Assembly (NCBI GenBank): GCA_965279375.1
Contig: OZ257156.1
Coordinates: 3,648,001 to 3,712,000 of the forward strand
DNA: 64,000 nt
Direction: 5' to 3'
Origin: Gemmatimonas sp.
GTDB taxonomy: Bacteria; Gemmatimonadota; Gemmatimonadetes; Gemmatimonadales; Gemmatimonadaceae
Numbering within the stretch: the first letter of the stretch is position 1; every line of letters begins with the position of its first letter. Of the stretch, positions 1-9,106 are shown piece by piece. The notes under the pieces were generated by a model. It made no database searches. It saw only the letters and a list, made by a program, of their open reading frames with translations, and was not told where the DNA came from. The position numbers were made by a program, and so were the translations under genes.

Positions 1-1
1 G

Positions 2-1072
2 CTCATCATCAACGGTCGCGTCGTACGCGATCACGGGCTCGTGCGGGCGGCCGAGGCGGCCTATCGCTCGACGCTGCCCGCGGGACTGAGGCCGTCGCTC
101 GTGCTGCAAGTGCATGTGCCGGCGGACAGCGTGGACGTAAACGTGCACCCGGCCAAGTCCGAGGTGCGTTTGCGCGAACGCTGGCCGGTCGAGCGCGCCG
201 TCGAGGAAGCGGTGCGGCGCGCGTTGGGCAACTTCGACGCAAGCGCGGGGATCGGTTGGCGCACGTACACGCCTGCTGCGGCGCCCGATTGGACGGCGGG
301 CGATCATCTGATCGACGCGGCGTCGCTGCGCGCGGTACCGGCGCGCGATGGTTTGTTCGCGCCATTCGCCGACGTGACCGACGACGCGACCGCCGACGGT
401 GCACTGGATGGCACGCTGGCTTCGAGTACGTCGACGCTCGACGATTCTTCCGCGGTGCGCGTAGACGTTGCGGCACAGGCGGCCGGGTACGAAGAACCGA
501 TTGTGGTGCCGCCGCTGCTGCAACTCCGTCGCACCTATCTGCTCTTCGAACGCGAGGAAGGTGTCGTCCTCATCGATCAGCACTCGGCGCACGAGCGGGT
601 GTTGTACGAGCAGTTCCTTGGCGTGCTGCACCGCGGTGAAGCGCCGGCGCAGCGTCTGCTGTTTCCGCTCACGCTGCATCTCGGTCCCGCCGAAGCCGAT
701 GCCTTCGAGGCCAATCAATCGGCGTTTGCTGCGCTCGGCTTCGAGATCGAAGGCTTCGGCGGGCATACGCTGCTTGTCAACGCGGTGCCGATGCCGCATC
801 CGCGCTTCGATGCCGAACGTTGTCTCCGCGAAACGCTCGCGGCGTTGACGGGCGATCGTTCGCCGAGCGATGCCAAGCGCCACGAGCGACTGGCCGCGAC
901 GTTCGCCTGCAAGGCTGCCATCAAGGCGGGTGATGCGCTTTCGCCCGGGGAGATGCGCGCGCTCTACATCGCACTCGCCGAGACGCGTTTGCCCGCCCAC
1001 GACGTGCATGGGCGCTCGACGATCGTGCGTCTCTCGTGGGATGAACTCGATCGTCGCTTCGGGCGAAAATGA
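2..1072 (+). CDS. mutL: DNA mismatch repair protein MutL, 5'-truncated by window edge
   Basis: VDVNVHPAKSEV motif, endonuclease motif DQHSAHERVLYE, ACKAAIK, C-terminal HGR; frame is open from base 2. Confidence 0.95.
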   Translation, partial: LIINGRVVRDHGLVRAAEAAYRSTLPAGLRPSLVLQVHVPADSVDVNVHPAKSEVRLRERWPVERAVEEAVRRALGNFDASAGIGWRTYTPAAAPDWTAGDHLIDAASLRAVPARDGLFAPFADVTDDATADGALDGTLASSTSTLDDSSAVRVDVAAQAAGYEEPIVVPPLLQLRRTYLLFEREEGVVLIDQHSAHERVLYEQFLGVLHRGEAPAQRLLFPLTLHLGPAEADAFEANQSAFAALGFEIEGFGGHTLLVNAVPMPHPRFDAERCLRETLAALTGDRSPSDAKRHERLAATFACKAAIKAGDALSPGEMRALYIALAETRLPAHDVHGRSTIVRLSWDELDRRFGRK

Positions 1073-2013
1073 CCGACCTCGTGCTCGAGGAGTCGCCGCT
1101 GCGCGTGATCATGGGACCCACCGCAGCGGGCAAATCGGGGCTCGCGATGCAGTTGGCGGAAACACTCGGCCTGGCGATCGTCAGCGCGGACTCGCGACAG
1201 GTGTACGCCGGCTTCGACATCGGAACGGCCAAGCCCATGCCGACCGACCGCGCGCGCGTGCCGCACTACGGCATCGACGTGCTGGATCCCACGGTGCGCT
1301 ACTCCGCACATGCCTGGGCCGAGGACGCCCGCCGTTGGATGCGAGAAGCACTCGTGAGCGGCACTCCACCCGTGATCGTGGGTGGCACCGGGTTTTACGT
1401 ACGCGCGCTCGTCTCGCCCTTCGATGCCACTCCAGAACTCGACGTTGACCGTCGGCGTGCGCTGGCGGGCTGGCTCGACGGACTCGATGCCGCTGAGCTC
1501 GAGCGCTGGTGCCGCACGCTCGATCCGGCGCGTGCCGCGTTGGGGCCGGTCCAGCGGCGTCGGGCTATCGAAACGGCGCTGCTCTCCGGTCGTCGCCTGA
1601 GTGACGAGCACGCGGAATCAGCGCCGCAGACGCCGCCGCGCCTTCCCGTGCACTATCTTGTCGTCGATCCCGGTCCCGTCCTCGCCGATCGCATTCGCCT
1701 TCGCGTCGAGGAGATGGTCGCCCACGGATGGTTCGCCGAAGTCGAGCAGCTCATGCGCACAATCCCTCCTGATGCCCCAGCCTGGAACGCGAGTGGCTAC
1801 GGTACCATTCGAGCCGGTGTTGCCGGTATGCTGACCCGTGACGAGGTCGTCGAACGGGTGACCATCGAGACGCGACAGTACGCCAAGCGCCAGCGCACCT
1901 GGTGTCGCAATCAGCTGGGCGACGGCGTCGTGACCACGATCGATCCGCTCGCGCCCGACGCCGCGGATCGCGCGCTGGCGTGGTGGAACGCGGCGCGCCC
2001 GGAGCCCGCATGA
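1069..2013 (+). CDS. miaA: tRNA dimethylallyltransferase
   Basis: GPTAAGKS, SADSRQVY, DIGTAKP, VGGTGFY, TRQYAKRQRTW; ATGA overlap with mutL. Confidence 0.95.
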   Translation: MTDLVLEESPLRVIMGPTAAGKSGLAMQLAETLGLAIVSADSRQVYAGFDIGTAKPMPTDRARVPHYGIDVLDPTVRYSAHAWAEDARRWMREALVSGTPPVIVGGTGFYVRALVSPFDATPELDVDRRRALAGWLDGLDAAELERWCRTLDPARAALGPVQRRRAIETALLSGRRLSDEHAESAPQTPPRLPVHYLVVDPGPVLADRIRLRVEEMVAHGWFAEVEQLMRTIPPDAPAWNASGYGTIRAGVAGMLTRDEVVERVTIETRQYAKRQRTWCRNQLGDGVVTTIDPLAPDAADRALAWWNAARPEPA

Positions 2014-3152
2014 AGATCGGCATTACCTGTTATCCGACCTACGGCGGGTCCGGTGCCGTCGCGACAGAGCTCGGCATCGCCCTCGCTGCACGCGGACACG
2101 AAGTCCACTTCATCACGTATCAGCAGCCGTTTCGACTCCCGAGCTTCCTGCCGCGCGTGTGGTTTCACGAGGTGGATGTCGGACGCTATCCGCTGTTCGA
2201 GTATCCGCCGTACGATCTCGCGCTCGCCGTGCGCATGCACGAAGTCGTCCGCGATCATCAGCTCGACATCCTGCATTGCCATTACGCCATTCCGCACGCG
2301 ACGAGTGCCTGGATCGCTCGCGAAATGCTGCGCGAAGGGGCAGGCGACGTGAAAGTGGTCACCACGCTGCACGGCACCGATATCACCATCGTCGGGCAGG
2401 AACGCTCGTTCTACACGATCACCCGCTTCTCCATCGAGAAGTCCGACGCGGTGACTGCCGTCTCCGAGTATCTGCGCGATGAGACGTACCGGGCGTTCGG
2501 TTGCGTCGGCTGCAACGTCGAGGTGATCCACAACTTCGTCGAACCGACGCACTTCCATCGGGCCTCGCAGCAGTTTCCCATTCCGTCGGAAGTCGTTGCC
2601 GGGCGCAAGGTGCTGATGCACATCTCGAACTTCCGTCCGGTGAAACGCGTGCGCGACGTCGTCGGCATCTATGCACGCGTCAACGCGCAGGTGCCGGCAC
2701 TGCTGGTCATGGTCGGCGACGGACCGGAGCGCGTCGAAGCGGAAGACGAAGCGCGAATGCTCGGAGTGAGCGACTCGGTGCTCTTCCTCGGCAAGATCGA
2801 CGCGATCGCACCGTTGCTCGCTGGCGCGCACCTCTTCCTGCTGCCAAGCGACAAGGAGTCGTTTGGATTGAGTGCGCTGGAGGCGATGTCGAGCGGCGTG
2901 CCCGTGATTGGTTATCGTGCCGGTGGCCTGCCCGAAGTCGTCACGGACGGCGTCACCGGTGTGCTGCACGAGGTCGGCGACATTGCTGGCGCCGCACAAT
3001 CGGGCATCGACATCCTTTCTGACCCTGTACGCTGGCAGACCATGAGTGACGCAGCCGCGGCCGACGCCAGCACGCGGTTCGCACAGGATGCCATCGTCGC
3101 GCAGTACGAAGCGCTCTACGAGCGTACCATCTCCGCCCAACCCGCCCGGTGA
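2010..3152 (+). CDS. bshA: N-acetyl-alpha-D-glucosaminyl L-malate synthase (GT4, bacillithiol step 1)
   Basis: MKIGITCYPTYGGSGAVATELG, HCHYAIPHA, TTLHGTDIT, HISNFRPVKR, ESFGLSALEAM; ATG 2010 overlaps miaA stop. Confidence 0.9.
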   Translation: MKIGITCYPTYGGSGAVATELGIALAARGHEVHFITYQQPFRLPSFLPRVWFHEVDVGRYPLFEYPPYDLALAVRMHEVVRDHQLDILHCHYAIPHATSAWIAREMLREGAGDVKVVTTLHGTDITIVGQERSFYTITRFSIEKSDAVTAVSEYLRDETYRAFGCVGCNVEVIHNFVEPTHFHRASQQFPIPSEVVAGRKVLMHISNFRPVKRVRDVVGIYARVNAQVPALLVMVGDGPERVEAEDEARMLGVSDSVLFLGKIDAIAPLLAGAHLFLLPSDKESFGLSALEAMSSGVPVIGYRAGGLPEVVTDGVTGVLHEVGDIAGAAQSGIDILSDPVRWQTMSDAAAADASTRFAQDAIVAQYEALYERTISAQPAR

Positions 3153-3952
3153 CCCTCTTTCAGGCCATTGTTCTTGGCGTTGTTCAGGGGCTCGCCGAGT
3201 TCCTGCCCGTCTCCAGCTCTGCACATCTCACGCTTACGCCCTTCTTGTTCGGATGGAAGGATCCCGGCCTCGCGTTCGACGTCGCGCTGCACTTCGGAAC
3301 GCTCGTCGCATTGGTGTGGTACTTTCGCGCCGAGTGGATCGAGCTGACGCAGAGTGCATTCCGCATCGCACGTACGAGGCGCGTGGAGAGCATCCACGAC
3401 AAGCGGTTGATCTTCCTCATCGTCGCAACGATTCCTGGTGGTATCGCGGGGAAGCTGCTGAACGACTACGCCGAGTCCACGTTTCGCGCGCCGCTGTTGA
3501 TCGCGTCGGCGCTGGCGATCATGGGGCTGCTCCTCTGGTCAGTGGATCGCTTTGCGGCGCAGTCTCGCTCGCTCGACGAGATTACGATACGAGATGCAAT
3601 TCTGATTGGACTCGCGCAAGTGATGGCGCTCATTCCAGGCGTCTCGCGCTCCGGATCCACCATCACCGCCGGCCGCGCACTGCGCCTCGATCGTGCGAGT
3701 GCAGCGCGCTTCAGCTTTCTGATGAGCATGCCCATCACCTTTGCCGCGGTGGCCGTGAAGATGCCCGAGGCCATTCGCGCCGAAGGATTTTCCACGCCAC
3801 TGATCGCCGGTGTGACGGCGGCCTTCATCAGCAGTTACTTCGCCATCACCGTGCTGCTGCGCTACATCAGTCGGCACAGTTTCGGCGTGTTCGCGCTCTA
3901 CCGCTTGATCCTGGCGGGTACGGTCGTCGCCCTCGTGTTTGCGCGTCGGTAA
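3149..3952 (+). CDS. uppP: Undecaprenyl-diphosphate phosphatase
   Basis: GVVQGLAEFLPVSSSAHL, PGVSRSGST, AARFSFLMS motifs; multiple hydrophobic segments. Confidence 0.95.
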   Translation: MTLFQAIVLGVVQGLAEFLPVSSSAHLTLTPFLFGWKDPGLAFDVALHFGTLVALVWYFRAEWIELTQSAFRIARTRRVESIHDKRLIFLIVATIPGGIAGKLLNDYAESTFRAPLLIASALAIMGLLLWSVDRFAAQSRSLDEITIRDAILIGLAQVMALIPGVSRSGSTITAGRALRLDRASAARFSFLMSMPITFAAVAVKMPEAIRAEGFSTPLIAGVTAAFISSYFAITVLLRYISRHSFGVFALYRLILAGTVVALVFARR

Positions 3953-4742
3953 ACCGTTGGACTCGCTCCCGACATGCGACGAACTGGGATTGCCGTCGCT
4001 CATACATCTCGAGCGTACCACGTCCACCATGGACGACGCGCACGCAGCGGCGCTGGCCGGTGCGCCAGCGGGTACACTCGTCGTGGCGGATGCGCAGCTG
4101 AGTGGTCGCGGTCGGGCAGGCCGTGCATGGAGTTCGGAGCCCGGGGCGGGGCTCTGGATGACGCTCGTGGAGCGACCAGCGTCGGATGACATCATCGGTG
4201 TACTGTCGCTGCGCGTTGGGCTCGAACTCGCGCGCGCGCTCGACCCATTCGTCGCGCAGCCTGTGTCGCTCAAGTGGCCCAACGATCTGTATGTTGGCGC
4301 CGGCAAGCTGGCGGGCATCCTCGCGGAGGCGCGCTGGCGCGATGGCGCGGTGGATTGGATCGCGATCGGTGTTGGCATCAACATGCATATCCCGTCCGAA
4401 TTCCCGGACGCCGCGAACGTCCGTGCGGGTGTGTCGCGCGCCGAACTGTTGCGGGTGACCGTCCCAGCGCTGCGCGCCGCGGCGCGTGCGCGTGGCAATC
4501 TGTCGCCGCTCGAGCAGGCCGAGTGGCAACGTCGGGATCTCGCGATCGGACGACGCACGACGAATCCACTCGCGGGTACCGTCATGGGCGTGAGTGCGGA
4601 CGGAGCGCTGTTGCTGCAGGAAGACGACGTGCGCGTGGTAACGTCGGTGCGTGCCGGGTCGCTGGTGTTCGCCGAACCATTGGATGCTGCGGCGCATGGT
4701 GCGCCGCCTCGACTGAAGGGCGTCACGGAGGACGCATGCTGA
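3939..4742 (+). CDS. birA: Biotin--[acetyl-CoA-carboxylase] ligase without N-terminal HTH; start uncertain
   Basis: STMD, QLSGRGRAGRAW, KWPNDL, KLAGIL, IGVGIN. Confidence 0.88.
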   Translation: MRVGKPLDSLPTCDELGLPSLIHLERTTSTMDDAHAAALAGAPAGTLVVADAQLSGRGRAGRAWSSEPGAGLWMTLVERPASDDIIGVLSLRVGLELARALDPFVAQPVSLKWPNDLYVGAGKLAGILAEARWRDGAVDWIAIGVGINMHIPSEFPDAANVRAGVSRAELLRVTVPALRAAARARGNLSPLEQAEWQRRDLAIGRRTTNPLAGTVMGVSADGALLLQEDDVRVVTSVRAGSLVFAEPLDAAAHGAPPRLKGVTEDAC

Positions 4743-5509
4743 TTGTTTTCGATGTCGGAAACACGGAGACCACGATCGGGCTGTTCAACGGCAACCTGCT
4801 CGCTGCGCACTGGCGCATCATGACGGATGTCGCGCGCACCGCCGACGAATTCGGCATCCTGTTGCGTAACCTGTTGTCGGCGTCCGGCGTTCCGTACGAG
4901 CGTGTGACGGACGCGGCGATCGGTTCAGTGGTCCCGCCCATCACCGATCCGCTGTTTCGCGCCTGCGTCCTATACCTTGGCGCGACGCCTGTGGTCGTGG
5001 ACGCGCGAGCGAATTTGCCGATTCGCCTGGATGTCGAGGAGCCGCTGAGTGTCGGTGCCGACCGATTGATCAACACGTTGGCCGCGAGCCGGATGTACGG
5101 GCGCGACACGATCTGCGTGGACCTTGGCACGGCAACGACGTTCGACTGCATCACCGCCGATGGTGTGTTTCTTGGCGGCGTGATCATGCCGGGCGTGCGC
5201 ACCTCGGCGGATACGTTGTCGCGCCGCACATCGAAGTTGCCGGCCACGGAGTTGGTGCCACCGCGTCGCGTGATCGGGAAGCGCACGGAGGAGTGCATCC
5301 GTGCGGGCGTGCTCTTTGGATCGGCCGAAGCGATCGATGGCATCGTGCGGCGCATCAAGGCGGAGTGGCCGGGCGGCGGCGTTCCGCTGGTCGTGGCCAC
5401 CGGTGGGCTGGCCGAAGTACTCCAGCCGTACTGCACGCAGTTCGACCGGATCGAGCCGTTTCTCACCCTGCAGGGACTGCGGATGGCGCACGAGATTCTG
5501 GCGCCCTGA
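4736..5509 (+). CDS. coaX: Type III pantothenate kinase
   Basis: MLIVFDVGNT, GADR, VDLGTATTFD, GGVIMPG, VATGG; ATG 4736 with GGAGG upstream. Confidence 0.92.
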   Translation: MLIVFDVGNTETTIGLFNGNLLAAHWRIMTDVARTADEFGILLRNLLSASGVPYERVTDAAIGSVVPPITDPLFRACVLYLGATPVVVDARANLPIRLDVEEPLSVGADRLINTLAASRMYGRDTICVDLGTATTFDCITADGVFLGGVIMPGVRTSADTLSRRTSKLPATELVPPRRVIGKRTEECIRAGVLFGSAEAIDGIVRRIKAEWPGGGVPLVVATGGLAEVLQPYCTQFDRIEPFLTLQGLRMAHEILAP

Positions 5510-5647
5510 GCGGCGCGCGGCAGCTCCCGCCAGCGTGGCAGGCGGTCCGTCAGTGTGGCGGAACGGCCCGTCATCCTGGCGGGAAAATGGTACGTAACTC
5601 GTTGATATTGATACGGTTAAGACGACTGCAATGGATGGCGTCGTGGC

Positions 5648-5676
5648 TTGACGCCCGACCCGCCGGGGGATAGGTT
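5648..5676 (+). promoter_or_regulatory. sigma70-type promoter of groESL
   Basis: TTGACG-17 bp-TAGGTT directly upstream of CIRCE. Confidence 0.7.
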
Positions 5677-5684
5677 TCGCCCCG

Positions 5685-5711
5685 TTAGCACTCGGTACCG
5701 GTGAGTGCTAA
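5685..5711. promoter_or_regulatory. CIRCE element (HrcA operator)
   Basis: Perfect TTAGCACTC-N9-GAGTGCTAA upstream of groES. Confidence 0.97.
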
Positions 5712-5765
5712 CATCGAGCTTCGTTCCGTTCGATCCCCTGACACATAAGCAGGAGACCAGCAATC

Positions 5766-6068
5766 ATGGCCACCCAGAGTGCCGCGAAGGTTTCGCCGCT
5801 CGCCGATCGCGTTGTCGTCAAGCCGCTCGAAGAGACGGAGCAGATGCGCGGTGGGCTGTACATCCCCGATACCGCCAAGGAAAAGCCGCAGCAGGGTTCC
5901 GTTGTGGCCGTTGGCCCGGGCCGTTTCGAGAAGGACACCCGTGTGCCGATGGACGTGAAGGTTGGGGACAAGATCCTCTACGGGAAGTACAGCGGCACGG
6001 AAGTCACGATCGAAGGTGAGCAGCTGCTCATCCTGCGCGAGTCCGATGTGCTCGCCGTCATCGCCTAA
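5766..6068 (+). CDS. groES: Co-chaperonin GroES
   Basis: [35 protein letters not shown]. Confidence 0.98.
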   Translation: MATQSAAKVSPLADRVVVKPLEETEQMRGGLYIPDTAKEKPQQGSVVAVGPGRFEKDTRVPMDVKVGDKILYGKYSGTEVTIEGEQLLILRESDVLAVIA

Positions 6069-6093
6069 TTCGATCTTCAGTCGTACCAACTAA

Positions 6094-7752
<1,659 letters not shown>

Positions 7753-7770
7753 GCCGTTCGGCTCCACTGC

Positions 7771-7810
7771 AAAACACGAAGGGCGCCCACTCGGGCGCCC
7801 TTCGTCGTTT
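7771..7810. terminator. Probable bidirectional intrinsic terminator between groEL and susD
   Basis: ACGAAGGGCGCCC-ACTC-GGGCGCCCTTCGT with A run before and T run after. Confidence 0.8.
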
Positions 7811-7833
7811 CCACACCACGCCTGCGCGAGTGA

Positions 7834-9093
7834 TCAGGGCGTGAAGTTCGGATTGCTGCGCTTCTCCGACAACGGCGTCGCGAAGCAGAGGTCGCGGCCC
7901 GTCATATCTTCGGTCGTGCCGGGACGATTGAACGCGGCCCAGCGACGGAAGTCGCCGAGGCGACGGGATTCCAGCCACAGCTCGATGCCGCGTTCACGCT
8001 TGAGCAGCGTCCACGCATCGGTTGCGCTCGACGCGGTCAGCAGCGGCAGCGAGAGTGCCGTGCGCCGCAGGTTCATCGACGTCAGTGCACCCGTCACGTC
8101 GCCGTTGGCCAACTTCACCTCGGCTTCGATCAGGCGCATTTCCCAGCCGGTGCTCAGATTGATCGGCGACGTGATGCCCGCGTACTTGGTCTGGAAGTAC
8201 CAGCGCACACGCTGCGACACACCGTTGTACGTGACGGCACCGTCGCCCAACAGCACGGTCGCGCTGCTGTCGAACGGCACGCGTGGATCGCGTGTCGTCT
8301 TGCGATACGTCTCGAAGAACGTGTTGAAGACCGTGTGTGCACGGTACGGCTGGTTGGCCGAAGCCCAGTAAACGCGATTGTACTGCGAGTCGTCGTTCTG
8401 GTAGTACGGCATGCGATAGGCAAACGTGCTTGCCACCGTGGCCGCATCGGTCGCTGCGCCGGTGAGGTTGTTGCGCGAGAGGCGCACTGAAGCGCGACCC
8501 GCCGTTGCTGCCGTCACGAGATTGGCGTTCGCGGCCGCCGTTGCGACGGTGATCGCCTCGGTGAAGTTCGCCTCTGCTCGCTCGAAGTAGACGGACGCGG
8601 CCTGTGGTGCTCCGCCATCGATCACGCACTGGCAAAAGTTCTCGCCGAGTTGACGGTTGGCATATCCGGCCCAGATCAGCGCCTGCGCCAGGTTCACGCT
8701 CTTCGCGGCGTCGGCACCGAGCACCGTCTTGGCGCGAAGCGCTGCCTGTTCTGCGGTCCAGCGGGCGCGTTGCGACAGGTTCCAGAAGGTGTTGTCGTCA
8801 TCGTCGGTCAGCTTGCCGGCTTGTTGACGCACCGTGATGCCGAACGAGCCAGTGGATCCCGCGGGAAAGACCTCCTTGCTGACTGCGGCGCCAGTATAGG
8901 CCGTCCAGTTGAGCGCTTCGGAGAGGTCACGTCCCGCGCCGTTCACGACACTGCCCAGTGCTGCGGCGTTGTCGAGAAAGTCCGCCTGAATTGGACCGGG
9001 GTTGGTCACTTTGAGCTCGCACGCGCTGGTCGCGAGTGCGAGGAGCGGAAGGGCCGCAGCGAGACGCGTGCGGTTGCGAGAGTTGTTCGTCAT
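7834..9093 (-). CDS. RagB/SusD-family outer membrane lipoprotein
   Basis: Lipobox-like ATSAC after signal peptide; C-terminal ERGIELWLESRRLGDFRR; directly after SusC; GAGGAG 9 nt before ATG 9093. Confidence 0.85.
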   Translation of the reverse strand: MTNNSRNRTRLAAALPLLALATSACELKVTNPGPIQADFLDNAAALGSVVNGAGRDLSEALNWTAYTGAAVSKEVFPAGSTGSFGITVRQQAGKLTDDDDNTFWNLSQRARWTAEQAALRAKTVLGADAAKSVNLAQALIWAGYANRQLGENFCQCVIDGGAPQAASVYFERAEANFTEAITVATAAANANLVTAATAGRASVRLSRNNLTGAATDAATVASTFAYRMPYYQNDDSQYNRVYWASANQPYRAHTVFNTFFETYRKTTRDPRVPFDSSATVLLGDGAVTYNGVSQRVRWYFQTKYAGITSPINLSTGWEMRLIEAEVKLANGDVTGALTSMNLRRTALSLPLLTASSATDAWTLLKRERGIELWLESRRLGDFRRWAAFNRPGTTEDMTGRDLCFATPLSEKRSNPNFTP

Positions 9094-9106
9094 GATTCGC
9101 ATCTCC

